Source: Hypanus sabinus (taxonomy: Eukaryota). Taken from it: 64,000 bases of DNA. The translations under genes and the position numbers were made by a program. The stretch lies in the NCBI RefSeq assembly GCF_030144855.1, contig NC_082727.1, positions 35,402,001 to 35,466,000 of the forward strand. Direction: 5' to 3'. Below are positions 24,701-36,479 of the stretch, piece after piece (position 1 is the first letter of the stretch; every line of letters starts with the position of its first letter). A model generated the notes under the pieces. That model was given only the letters and a program-made list of their open reading frames with translations. It was not told the origin of the DNA and did not search any database.

Positions 24701-27700
24701 GGGAGAACTTCCCCAGTAGAAATCTCATCCTAAGTCTGTTACTACCATTGAAGTATTTAGGTTTTGCCTAACTTGTTAGTGACTTTTTTTTTGGCATTAT
24801 TGTTTTCAGGATATTTTTGGGAGACGGGATTTCCTTCCACAGAACAAGATAATAAAGTGGCTTGCTACACACGTGTGTGACCACTCTTGTATTGAGGAGC
24901 TGTGTGCCAATATGTACTTCATAGTATCTGGATTCAATACAAAGAATCTTAACATGGTAAGCATAACAGAAGTTTGAATGCTGGAAGAAATGTTGAGAAT
25001 GTGTATGAAAGAAAGTCTATTTCTATTACTTGGATTTTACTATTAATGTCGTATAATCCAGCGCACTCAGAACTTTGCTGGTCCAGCAGATTTTTTGGAC
25101 TGTTGCATGCTATTGCTATAACTATCCCATCCCACTTTAAATTCACTGATTTCAGATGTTATTTAGGATTATTAATTTTTTCTAGTGAACTCTGTATAGT
25201 TTTTAAAAAGTTCGTGAACAAGGGCCCCACTGAGTTCGCGTAGAATGTAAGCATCACTTGCAGTGATTTTTTAAGATTGTCCATAATAACAGTGTGGCAA
25301 TCGGTGCTGCTCCAGGGATCTGACTCCAATAGTGAACTCAGGTACTGGCTCTGGAATTTGCAACAGTATCTCCTTTTTCTAAACAAAAACGTACAAGGTG
25401 CAGTCTGTCCTCATCTGGAATCACAGCATATTTCAGATATATTTGGACTCTTTGTTTCTATAATTGTAGTTAAAAGTATTGCATCCAATATGTTTATTGA
25501 TTCACTTTTCTTTAATTAATGCTTTGCAGAGCCGAATTCCAGTCTATTCAGCCCATTGCCCAGCTGGAACATCTGTACAAAATATTCTCCACTGGAGTCA
25601 GGTACAAACTCTGAACATGTCATCAATGTCCTCATTTGTTGCAAATGTTGCCATTTGTTGTGATGGAAAAATAGCTGGTTCTTTGAGTCTCAACAGTAGA
25701 GGCCTGGACACACACAGTTGTAATAGTAAGGAATTTATTTACAAGGGGAAGTTGGGTCAACACAAGCGACTACAATGTTCTAACAAAAAACGTTTAGGGT
25801 TAACACGTGTGGGGAAGTTCAAGTCGGCTGTATAATACACAGGAAGTGGTGTGGGGACGGGGTACAGTTACACAAACAAAGAACAAGGGAAAAGCACTAC
25901 AACAGCTATCCCCCTTGACCTTGGATAGCTGCGGCTCCCTTACCAGAACAAACGATAGACCTTCCCAAACATAAATCAATGCACTTACCTCCAATGAGGT
26001 GGTCTGTAAGAGAGAGCGAGCCAGGCACATGTCTCACCTTTTATAGCATGGGGCTGGGCGAGATGATCCAATTAAGGTGACCGATAATTTAGGGGTGCAT
26101 TGATTAGTTGGGAGAGACCAAATGTTGATTGGCGTGTGGTGTGTCCTCCGACCAGCCAGGTGGCAATGCATCTGTCACATGGCCAGTATCTCTGGGTACA
26201 CCATCTCAAGATGATTGTCTAGAAATTCAGTATTGCTTGAATAAATGCTATTGTGGGTGAACAATGGGAGGCTGCACAAGTTTTCCCTTGCGGAGGACTC
26301 CGGTAGAAATGTTTTGCTATCATGAGTACCAATCTATCCTGAATAACTAGAGCAAACTTCATTGTGGAGTGTTGAGGGGGTGATTGACTACTGCGGGGAT
26401 GGTGTCTGTGGTATAGTGGTTAGCGCTCCGGGGATTCAGACTGTTTGGGTACTGAGCGTTGGAAATCTGGAATATCACGTGTCAGGGGTCTGCAGCTTTG
26501 GAGTGGATTGGAGGCCTGTCAAGAACACTGGCCAATTGCCTCACATTGCTGTTTTAAGACCAAATGCGTGTTTGGATGAGTGGACCGCCAATCAGAGTGG
26601 GATCTGTGGCAGAGGAGGAGCATCACAGTGCTAGTGGGTGTGAGGGGTTGGATACTTAATCAAATTGGGGCCTGGGGAGAGACTGGACATGCAGTGATAT
26701 TCTAAAAACATTGGCAGCGAAGGAGCAAATTGGGAATTGAAAGCCAAGGAAACAACTCGAAGAAAGAGCTGTCTGCAAGCTGATTTAGGACATGATAGTG
26801 ACGGAGCTGGCCAAGACCTGGATTACGTATCTCTGGCAGGTAGTGAATGTACCCACTTACCCTTGTCTCACCAATGTACTTGTGATAGATTAATTTGTCC
26901 ATGTAAACTGTCTCTGCAAGGACAATGCAGTGATCTCTTCTACCAAGGTCCCATCGTTACATCAAGATGCCCTTCAGAATATTCATTATATTATAGTTTG
27001 CCTAGTAAGATAATCTACTTTGACCTTGATTGTTCTTGCCAAATTTTTCCATAGAAAAGGTTTTCCATTGCCTTCTTATGGGCAGTGTCTTTACAAGGTG
27101 GGTGGCCCCCAACCATTACCAATACTCTTCAAAGATTGTCTGCCTTGTGTCAGTGGTTACTTGGCCAGGAGTTGCGATATGCACCAGCTACTCATACGAC
27201 CATCCACCCCCTGCTCCCATGGCTTCACGTGCCCCTGATTGAGTGGAGCGGGGGCTAAACAGGTGCTTCACCTTGCCCAAGAGTGACTTGCAGGCAAGGG
27301 GAGGGAAGGAGCGCCCTCTACCTCCTTTGGTAGAGACATATCGCCACCCACCATCCTGTAGTACAAGATTATATATGGAAAGAGCAAATTATGTATCCAG
27401 TAGATAGAGCTAAACCACCTCAAAACCAATACATCAAAGTCAGGCAGTATCAATGGAGGGGAATAAACAGTTGATATTTCAGGCTGAGATCCTTCATCAG
27501 GACTTGGCCTGAAACCTTGATTGTTTATTCTGAAATCTTAATTGTTTATTCCCCTGACTTGCTGAGTTCCTTCAGTATATTGTGTGTGTTGTTTAAGATT
27601 TCCAGTATCTGCACTCTCTTGTTTACAATATATGTTATCAAAATTCAGCAGCCCTACCCCATCTAGTGAGAAAGCTTGAACAATGTCCTTATCCTTCATA

Positions 27701-30700
27701 AGGTACGGGCCCAGTACGCGAGTTCCTGAGACAGAGCTGTACATGGGAAATGTCAAGTAGGCAGACCATGTCAACTTGGCCTTGAAATCCCCATCATCAG
27801 GAAAGACAGTTTTCAGCCAGGTTGTTTCATCCTTGTGATATCAATAAATGGCCAAGAGCACTAAGTACAGTAGAGACTATCCCAGTGTAGTGCTGAAGAT
27901 CTATGCTCCAGAATTAGCTACACTCTAGCAGAGCGGTTTCAACACAGATATGACATTAGCATGCATCCAAGAATGTGGAATATTACTGAATTACGTCCCT
28001 TGGACAAAAAGTAGGGTATTGTAGCGGTGTGCTACATGCAGTGCTGAAATAACGATATGCAGTTGGTGAGTTGCAGTTGCAAAAGAGATTTATTCGAACT
28101 TCGTGGCCTCGCTTTAAAGCCTTCCTATTCCTGCCCTCCCCGGGCGGGAATGTTGTAGGGGGCGCATATTCACAGTCCCGTTCTGCGCGCGGGCTTTTCC
28201 CCTTGCTGGTGAGAAGGCCTGGCGACCTTTTTGAGGCCGGCCTCAATGCCGGTGCGCGCCACTTTGTGAGCCGGTTCGAGTGCGCAGCATATCATTTTGA
28301 TTAAATCGCTTCAATTATCTGTAAAATGATAGTGGTATGAAGCGATATGAGACTTGCTCATCAGTAAACAACTCATCATTTTGGGGTTTTACCAGTTCTG
28401 TGGCTTAAGAACTTATTGTAGACTTGCTTCAAACATGGACCAATGAGTTGAGGTCCGAAGGTTTTGGGCAAATCTAACTGGGCATCTAGGCACCGGATTG
28501 GTGAAGCCTTGCACTGGCAAGGCCCGTTTTGGTGTTTGATCTTCTGCTGCAGATGTCAACTGGACTAAGGCCCAGCTGATGAACTGGAGCTTTACACATT
28601 TTGAGCATCAACAATATGCCACCAGATTCCAGGTCATTTTGAGAGGATAAGTCTTTGAAGGTGGCATTGTGTTAGGAATGCACCGTAATGGCCTGCTTCC
28701 CCCAAAGAGGAAGTTTAAGTGGGGTGACCACTGGTGGAAGGGGTGCAGTAGCGATTGATATCTGGAGATGTAGGTCACCGATCAGGAAATTGGGGCCTGA
28801 GGGATAGGGGAGGTAACGGGGTGCTGCAGGATTGGGGATGATTAGGAGGCTGAATAGAGATTGGGAAGTGAATAACCAGGGAAGAGAGTGGAAACATGAG
28901 GAAACCTGCAGATGCTGGAAATTCAAGTAACACACACAAAATGCTGGTGGACCGCAGCAGGCCAGGTAGCACCTATAGGGAGAAATGCAGTCGACATTTC
29001 GCGCCAAGACCCTTCGTCAGGACAAACTGAAAGAAGAGATAGTAAAAGGTTTGAGAGGGGGAGGGGGAGATCCAAAATGATAGGAGAAGACCGGAGGGGG
29101 AGGGATGAAGCTAAGAGCTGGAAAGTTGATTGGCAAAAGGGAAACACAGCTGGAGAAGGGAAAGGATCATGGAACAGGAGGCTTAGGGTGAAAGAAAGGG
29201 GGAGGGGAGCACCAGAGGGAGATGGAGAGCAGGCAAGGAGTGATTGTGAGAGGAGCAGAGAGGAAAAAAAAGGGGGGGGGAATAATAAATAGATAAATAA
29301 ATAAGGGATGACGAAGGGTCTCGGCCCGAAACGTTGACAGTGCTTCTTCCTATAGATGCTGCCTGGCCTGCTGCTTTCCACCAGCATTTTGTGGAGACAG
29401 TGGAATGCAGGATTGGGGTGGGAAGGTGTTGAGGGTTATTGTTGCTGCAAGTATGAAAGCTGAGTGATGACCTTACCTGGCAGTCTTCCCAGTCCTGAGC
29501 TGTGAAGACTATATCGTCCTCGGAAACCCCGCGGGGAAAGGTATCAATACCTTTTCAACCTGCATTAGGTGAAGTGTTTGGTGGAGCCGAACTGGGGAAA
29601 TTTCCAAAGGGAAGCTGAATTTCACAGAGATGATAGTTAATGGGTTCAGTTTGTGTGAGATAAGCAGATTGGGCATTTGAAGTGTCTGGCAACTGGTGTA
29701 CACTTGTGCTTTGTATTAGTTGGGTGAGAAATGATTTTTTGATCATGTGATGTTTGTTTTCCAGAATATAAAGACAGGAAGATTTCAGGCTTTTGATTGG
29801 GGTTCCGATGATGAGAATATGGCTCACTATAATGAGGTAATGTACAGCAAATTGCCCATGGAGGGGAATTGGTGTCTTTTGATAGGTTGTATTCTGTATA
29901 TCCTGCAAGGTGGTTCTGATATTTTATATCATTGCTGGACTCTAGATTTATTACAATGACAATATCCTTGCCAGTATTATGCTCCGAAATTGATGAAGTC
30001 AGGATTTCCACAAGTGCATGATTGAACCCGATCCCAGAAGTGTTGTACTGACCAACCTGCCTCCACCAGCTGCCACATCACGACAAATCATTGAATTGAT
30101 ACCGATTTCTGTTACTTATAAATTGATGAGTCTGGAAACTTCACATGCATAATGCTGTGTCCCACCCTCCTGTATTTATGTATTTGAATGTTTGTGGAGA
30201 GGGGGTGAGGTGGATTTGATGAATGAAAAGGACCAGTTCCAGGTGAATTTGGACCACTTCCAGCCCTCCATCTCCCCTGCAACACCAACATCATTTGTGG
30301 CAGGTTTATTGTGTTGTCGTTTCCCATATAACATTTATTTCAATTATATACAGTATACTCAGTGGCCATGTTACCAGGTGCAGGAGTGTAGTCTTCTGTT
30401 GCCATTGTCCGTCCACTTCAACATGTGTACTTAGAGATGTTCTTTGGCATACCATTGTTGTAATGTGTCACCTTCCTGTCAGCAAGGGCCAATCGGGCCA
30501 TTCTCTGCTGACCTCTCTCATTTAACAAGGTGTTTTCACCCACAGAACTATCACTCACTATGTTTTGTTGTTTTTTGCACCATTCTCTGTAAACTCCAGA
30601 TCTGCAGTTTCTGGGAATCTCTAACTACCTCTTCTGGCACTAACAATCATTCCACTGTCAAAGTCACTTGGATCACTTTTGTTCCCCATTCTGATGTTTG

Positions 30701-33700
30701 GTCTGAACAACAACTGAACCTCTTGACATGTCTGCATGTTTTTATGCATTGAGTTGCTACCACATGATTGGCTGATTAGATATTTGCATTAATGAGTAGG
30801 TGTATCTAACAAAGTGGCCAGTTTGATTCCATGTGCAAACAAATTTATTTCCATCTGGGAGAGCTTCTTAAAACCTCAACTTAAGACCTTCAAGATTGAA
30901 ATCATTTACCCTTAAATCCTTGAGCCTTGTCTGCACCCCTGCATCAAAACTACACCTACGCCAAAACTATGCCACTCGATCTCCAAACAGCCCATTGATC
31001 TGAAGCCCCTGAATTTGACCCAACTATTTACTATTGTTGCTGATTCCAATTTCCCATTCCCATCCCAGTCTTCAAAGTCTTTGATTTGATTTCTGTTTTC
31101 CAACTATCCAACCTTGAGAATGGCCATATACATCCCGAAAGAGAGAACCTGCAGTATGTCCAATACCGGGTGAAACGCAAAGTCTTTGGGGTAACTGCAA
31201 GTCTTTGTTTTTGCTATTGCTTTGCTCGCGCTTGAGTACTTGGTGGCAGAGCCTGTGCTTGCTTTTTTTGCTGGTGGGGGAAGGGGAGATTGTGCTCACT
31301 GCCACTTACGTGCTGGGGAGGAGTTGGGGGGGGGGGAGTTCTTCAGGGTTCTAACATTTAACTGTCCTTCATTCTTTGGGGCGCTCCTCTGTTTTTGTGG
31401 CTGGTTGCAGAGAAGAAGTATTTCAGAATGTATATTGTGTACATTTCACAGACATTAAATTGTACCTTTGAACCTTTGAAATATAAATAATATCTTATTC
31501 CTGCACAAAAAATGCTGCTTGACCCATTGAATTTCTCCAGCAGACTGTTGCTCCAAACTCCAGCATCAGCTGTTGCTTTGTGTCACTACTATTTTTATTG
31601 CCAGCTGAAATGTACAAGGTTTGGTAGATTTGATGTGGCAAAATGGACAGCCACTCAGTGCCTGCACTACAGGCAGTCCCCGGGTTACATACGAGTTCTG
31701 TTCCTGAATGCGTCTTTAAGTCGGATTTGTACGGAAGTCGGAACAAGTACATCCAGTATTATTTAGCATCAGTTAGTCAAACGTTTATCTTGGTATATAG
31801 TATATATTTTACCTTTCTATGCATATATAACACTTAAGAAACATATGTATTCCAATAATTAAACCACTGCGTTGCTTAGTAATAATTGTAGCTTTCATTG
31901 GGGCAGCACCTTTCATATGCTCCATTATTCTCACTTTATCTGTTATCCTTTAAAATTGTACCGATCGTTGACCGACTGTAGCCTAATGCTTTTCCAATGA
32001 CCGATGGCGTTTCACCTCTTTCCAAACGCTTTATTATTTCCACTTTATTTTCAGTCGCGATCGCTTCCCATCAATGGAACAGAAACACTGCCGGCAGCGG
32101 CTCCCGAGCTTTGCCGGCTCCCGAGGTCCACTGGGTCCTAAAGTCCACTGCACTGAGACTGGCTAAATGGGACAATTGGGGGATGCGCTGGGTTTGGGTA
32201 TTTGATCCTCCAAAATATAAAGCTTGGAAATTTAAACTGGAGGTGGCGGAGAATTTTTTAAGAGGTCGAGTTGCGAGCTCGACATCAACCCAGCACAGAT
32301 GGCACGGAGTCACTAGATCAACTTCAGCCCAGCATGGGAACAGTCTATCACTGGATCGAACTCGGGGAAACTCCATTCTCCAGCCCGGCGCTAGTCTCAC
32401 TGCGCAACGAGCGGACTGGAATGGGTGGGGGAGGGGTTTGCGGGGGGTGTCAGGGTGAATCTTACTAAGAAAAATTTAAGCCAAATACTATCTTAAACAC
32501 TCAACAGAGTGTCAACGGCAATGACTTAAAATGGCGGACGGCGTTCTCCTTCCTCGTTTCGTAAGTACAAGTTGTCCGTAAGTCGGACATTCGTAACTCA
32601 GGGACTACCTGTATTCCTGTCTACCCTTACTGGTAGACTAAAGTTTCTCAGCACATGGAATCACATCAGTAAGAACCCCACAACTTTTTTTAAATATATA
32701 TAAACTGATTTATTGGCCAAAGATTTTATTTTGCTCGGTCATTTTCAGGTATGCTTAGTATACTTTGATATTCAATATTTTAATATTTTTTTAAAAATCT
32801 GGGTGTTATTGGCAAGGCCAGCATTTATTGCCAGTGTCTATTTGGCCTCGAAGGTGGCGGTGAGTTGCCACACTGAATGGTTTGTGAAGCTGCTCCCACA
32901 GAGCTATTGAATAGATGCCTCCAAGACTTGTGTTCAACAACGAAGGATTGGACTGGTGATATACTTCCAAGTCAGGATGGTCTGTGGCTTGGAAGGTAAT
33001 CTGCAGCTAGTGGGGTACCTGTGCTCCTGAAGCCCTAATTTTAGTTGCTAGAGTCATTTCTTTAGAGCAAAATCTGGTTCAGGTTCATCTAACATATTAG
33101 TTTCTTCATGACAAACCTGTTTAAGATCTGAACTTTAATGATTCTTTTATACTATAAGTAATTCTTCATGCTCCTGCGTGCTGTGCTTCTCACTTGCATC
33201 AAGGTCTCAGTAAACTAGAACCATTCTTCAATTAATTTGCCCAAAGACGGAAACCGTGATTGCATTCTAGAATGAAGCACACTTAAGAAGGATCCTAAAT
33301 AGTTTGAGATAAATTTACATTAATTTTTTTTTGTTGCTACCTTTGATAGTTCGGTAAAATACTCCTGATTGTTACTTTTATATTTAACATCAGTTTGTGG
33401 GACTTCGTTGTGTTGCATTGAAATCAACTCTCCAATACTAAAGGTCCTTCACCCTACTGAGATATAATATGGGAGTGAGGCCCCTGGGGTCTGGAATTGA
33501 AGTAAGTACTGATTTTCATTTTGGAAATACTTATTTCATCTCAGTTCACAATTATCTGGATCCTAGAGTTTGGGATGGCCAGCTTCCAATTTCATCACAA
33601 AATAAGTTTCACTGCAGTCAGGAGAGGTACATAAATATCCCAAAGAAGATTCCTCATGTGGATATCACCTTGTCTCAGCTCCATCCTCTTAACCCAGTAT

Positions 33701-34014
33701 ATTTAAACTAGAAATTGACTGCACTGACTTATGTTTGTGTTGTGACAGAGTTCTAATCTCCTTTTGTTTCTCTTGACCAGACAATACCACCTCTATACAA
33801 CATAAAAAAGATGAATGTTCCCACTGCTGTCTGGACTGGAGGTCATGACTGGCTGGCTGATCCCACTGACGTGACTACGTTGCGACATAAATTGCCCAAG
33901 TTAATTTACCATAAGGAAATCCCAGATTGGGAACATCTGGATTTCATCTGGGGCCTGGATGCTCCATCACGCATGTACAGTGAAATCCTCAATCTCATGA
34001 AAAAATATCGCTGA
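6649..34014 (+). CDS. LIPA: Lysosomal acid lipase/cholesteryl ester hydrolase-like gene. join(6649-6747,9114-9234,15538-15736,20721-20830,23620-23756,24810-24956,25530-25601,29765-29836,33781-34014), 396 aa
   Basis: Manual splicing gives an open frame of 1191 nt with all GT-AG introns. Motifs: [23 protein letters not shown] nucleophile, [21 protein letters not shown]. Exon sizes 199/110/137/147/72/72/234 and their phases match vertebrate LIPA-family genes. Exact orthology (LIPA vs the LIPF/LIPM group) needs a tree. Confidence 0.93.
8030..8320 (+). mobile_element. Penelope terminal fragment
   Basis: Same terminal motif and pyrimidine-rich tract. Confidence 0.75.
9114..9234 (+). CDS. LIPA: Acid lipase coding exon 2
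   Basis: [32 protein letters not shown]; acceptor AAG at 9111-9113, donor GTAACT. Confidence 0.92.
10050..10570 (+). mobile_element. Rex1/Babar LINE 3' fragment
   Basis: Degenerate [17 protein letters not shown]...[11 protein letters not shown], followed by the caataaaagttgacttga tail. Confidence 0.8.
12216..13227. mobile_element. Penelope insertion with inverted termini and a 14-bp TSD
   Basis: Arms ~12250-12637 and ~12831-13227 are reverse complements; AGTCCTTTACTTGC at 12202-12215 and 13228-13241. Confidence 0.9.
13480..14140 (+). mobile_element. Rex1/Babar LINE fragment
   Basis: [17 protein letters not shown]...[17 protein letters not shown]. Confidence 0.88.
15538..15736 (+). CDS. LIPA: Acid lipase coding exon 3
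   Basis: 199 bp; [21 protein letters not shown]...[12 protein letters not shown]; tttag acceptor, GTAACG donor. Confidence 0.96.
17130..18845 (+). mobile_element. Degenerate Penelope-like retroelement (RT plus GIY-YIG endonuclease)
   Basis: [16 protein letters not shown] motif; [13 protein letters not shown] / [15 protein letters not shown] region; PLE terminus; frameshifted. Confidence 0.9.
19293..19780 (-). mobile_element. Probable solo LTR
   Basis: Starts with TG, has an antisense AATAAA near 19350 and internal tandem duplications; TSD not clear. Confidence 0.4.
20170..20660 (-). mobile_element. CR1 LINE 3' fragment
   Basis: [24 protein letters not shown]; [12 protein letters not shown]. 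Confidence 0.9.
20721..20830 (+). CDS. LIPA: Acid lipase coding exon 4 (catalytic Ser)
   Basis: 110 bp; [17 protein letters not shown]...[11 protein letters not shown] with GHSQG at 20806-20820; GTAAGT donor. Not in the ORF track. Confidence 0.96.
22340..22692 (+). mobile_element. SINE-like repeat (RTE-like tail)
   Basis: Homologous to 27015-27355 on the opposite strand; (GAAC)-like tail. Confidence 0.6.
23230..23390. mobile_element. Short retroposon fragment with a 12-bp TSD
   Basis: CAATCAACAATG at 23218-23229 and 23391-23402. Confidence 0.75.
23620..23756 (+). CDS. LIPA: Acid lipase coding exon 5
   Basis: 137 bp; [26 protein letters not shown]; catcag acceptor, GTAAGT donor. Confidence 0.95.
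24810..24956 (+). CDS. LIPA: Acid lipase coding exon 6 (cap/lid region)
   Basis: 147 bp; [49 protein letters not shown]; tttcag acceptor, GTAAGC donor. Confidence 0.95.
25530..25601 (+). CDS. LIPA: Acid lipase coding exon 7
   Basis: 72 bp; [24 protein letters not shown]; ttgcag acceptor, GTACAA donor. Confidence 0.95.
25656..26204 (-). mobile_element. Probable solo LTR, antisense in the lipase intron
   Basis: TG...CA ends; on the - strand CCAAT boxes, TATAAAAG near 26040 and AATAAA near 25735; TSD unclear. Confidence 0.5.
27015..27355 (-). mobile_element. SINE-like repeat, same family as 22340-22692
   Basis: Its reverse complement aligns with 22340-22640. Confidence 0.6.
28020..28290 (-). 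mobile_element. Partial LTR, same family as 41225-41447
   Basis: Shares the TGTAGCGGTGTGCTACATGCAG start and the gtgagccggttcg motif. Confidence 0.6.
28893..29390. mobile_element. Penelope termini in inverted arrangement
   Basis: A - strand terminus (28893-29280) is followed by a + strand terminus (29309-29390). Confidence 0.8.
29765..29836 (+). CDS. LIPA: Acid lipase coding exon 8
   Basis: 72 bp; [24 protein letters not shown]; ttccag acceptor, GTAATG donor. Confidence 0.95.
30357..30821. mobile_element. Non-autonomous Tc1-like DNA transposon
   Basis: Degenerate TIRs ctcagtggcca... and ...aaagtggccag with TA at the left end. Confidence 0.55.
31670..32611 (-). mobile_element. Tigger/pogo non-autonomous element
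   Basis: TA|CAGGCAGTCCCCGGGTTAC...GTAACTCAGGGACTACCTG|TA; the - strand carries a CENP-B-type [36 protein letters not shown]. Confidence 0.92.
33781..34014 (+). CDS. LIPA: Acid lipase last coding exon (catalytic Asp and His, stop)
   Basis: [28 protein letters not shown]...[17 protein letters not shown]...KKYR*; Asp codon at 33847, His codon at 33934, TGA ends at 34014. Confidence 0.96.
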   Translation, partial: TIPPLYNIKKMNVPTAVWTGGHDWLADPTDVTTLRHKLPKLIYHKEIPDWEHLDFIWGLDAPSRMYSEILNLMKKYR

Positions 34015-34363
34015 GTCTGGAACAACATGCTGTAAACATTTTTTAAAAGTAGAGTTTGTGTTTTCTAGATTTTCTCTTTCAGCTGCATTACTGGGATCAT
34101 TGATGGTCTCAGGTAGTTCTTAAAAAATTATATACGATAGTTTAAGTAAAGATTGTGCCTGAGCTATGTTTTTGCAAAATGAATATGTACATGTTCAGAT
34201 GTCTAATCCCACACCTTCTGATGGTTATGGGAAAATGTTGGGTCTGATGTGATTTGTCATTGTTCACATTAGCTTTACCACTGACAAGAAAAAAAACTGA
34301 TCATGCTTATAATTGCAACACGGCCAAGTTTTTCTATTGGGTGTCTTGATAAAGACTAAGTAG

Positions 34364-36123
34364 ATTAAAGACAGTCTTTTTAAAATTGATTTTTATTCTT
34401 TTAAATGTTTTCTGCTCAGAGTGAGCACTTTTTTTTAAAGCACTGCTGGCCTTGGAATGGACTTCTGTCATGAAGTATGGAGCTCTAGTCAACAGAGCAG
34501 TGATTATACAGGGTATTGAAGACAATGAATTCCTCAGCGTCCTTAATTTCAGAAGTAATTAATGTATCTGATTCTTTTTCAGATAATCATAATAATAATG
34601 TGGAACCCTATCCACTGGATTCTGTATTTTGATACTAATACCACTAGTTTAAATTTTCAACAATAATTTTATTACTGAATGCAGACTTCATGAAATAGAT
34701 CTTAACTCATTACATGGGACAATCTACACCTCGTCATTCGAGGTCAGAAAATAGTTCAAAAGCTAGCTTTGTTTCATTTAAATATTTGGATTTCCACACA
34801 AAAAAACATTGAATGACCTGGTGTGGACTTGCCAATATTGTGATAGAAAACTTGAAGGAACTCTTTACTGTGTGAGATTTTTTAATATGGAAATTACTGT
34901 ACAATGTACTGTGTATGTTAATCAAAATGGCTTCTTTGTTTTGTTTAGAGTAGGAATGCTTCTTTGTATGATAAGTGATTTCTCTGGCAGTTGTTTAGCT
35001 TTAGACTTGCTGATATCGGGATTGTATTCCTTTGTTAACCAATGGGGGAATGTTATTTTGTCTTGTGGGTCTGGGAGCTTGGGAATTTTCATGGTCTTTT
35101 CAGGGGAGAAGGGAAGAAGACGCCGAGGAAGGTGGACGTGCGCTGCACTGCTCGGTCGACCACCGGGTGGTCCCAGGTGCGAGGACGTGGAGGTCGGACG
35201 AAAGCGACGATGGGTCGAATGGTTCGATGGTTGAGCTCCAACGATGTGCACTAAACTGACTGAACTTTGATAAGTTGGTGCCTTTTACTTTATTTTCTTT
35301 TCCTTCATGTATATTGTATTGCATAGTGCTCTTTTAGTTTTAGTAAAATCTTTAAAGTGTATTCCATAACAGTATCTGATATGAGTTTCATATGGTGTGT
35401 GTGCATGCGGCATAAACTTGATTCTCACAGCACCTGCGTGTACGGGAGGTGGGGTTGGTGAGTGGCTGGATCTCCTATTCTTCTAGACATATACCAGCCT
35501 GTTGGGTAAGTGTTACATTATTATTGTATAAAGCAATATCATTGATGTCTTGGGTGTAGTTTTAATGTACTTTCAATAGCATAATTTGAATTTGTAACAT
35601 TTAATGCAAGTCAGATACTGAGCACAACTCCACCTGGTCCGGTAAACTGGAATAATGAGCGCATCATGCAGAGTGACAATTCATTGTTCCATTATGTACT
35701 GACCTTGCTAGTACAGGGTGGGAGTCCCTTTTCTCATTTAAAATGTTTGCAACATAAATTTGTAAAACTAGCCACAAAGTAACAACTTTCATTTTCATTT
35801 TCTTTAGTAATGTCTGTGGATTTGCTGTGAACCTGACAGCTTCTGGTACATTGCAATCAATGTGTATTTGTGTTAATTCAGAACAAGCAGGGTTGAGGTA
35901 TCTGTCAGCATTCATAGCTGAATTTCAGAACAATAGATATAAGGTAGCGATAACCTGAACATAATTGCTATGGTGCTTAAAGATTGTAATGCTGGTGGAT
36001 GATGATGCAAAACTTCTGAACTGCAGAAGATAGTTGTAATACTGTGAAATCCATCAAGTTTGCCTCTTGTTTTATAGTGCCTTGTCATATGTCTTGCTAT
36101 TACAATGGATCAATTTCAATAAA
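34364..36123 (+). terminator. Candidate lipase polyadenylation signals (ATTAAA at 34364-34369; first AATAAA at 36118-36123)
   Basis: Hexamers downstream of the stop codon, the first followed by a T-rich tract. Which one is used is unknown. Confidence 0.35.
34916..35517 (+). mobile_element. Probable solo LTR downstream of the lipase stop codon
   Basis: TGTTAA...TTACA ends and a CpG-rich core unlike the AT-rich flanks; no clear TSD. Confidence 0.5.
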
Positions 36124-36479
36124 GAGTAAGCTACTATGCTTTCACATTAATTATAAAATATTGTGTCCATTTTTAAACAGACTTGAATGGTAAACCAATT
36201 GCAGTGCATTTGGACTTTAAGGTACTATATGGAATTAAAATAAATTGTAAAGTGGTTAACAATGGAGATTGAGGATTTGTTAATGAAGATGAGTAGGATT
36301 ACACCTTTGTCTTGTGATTGGCTAATGCAGACAAGATGTTTCATTGCCACTTCATTTTGCAAACCACATCCCTCAGCACCCCCCCCCCCCCACTAATGCA
36401 GCAGCACTCGGTAGCTCTACTGATCAAGCTGTACTTTTAACTTCAAGCTGATTATTGTTGCAATTTACATTAAGAACTG

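Noticed and set aside
35790-35870. Possible decayed ANKRD22 last exon (…RFTANPQTLLKK)
   Set aside because: The similarity is too weak to support by eye and there is no convincing acceptor.
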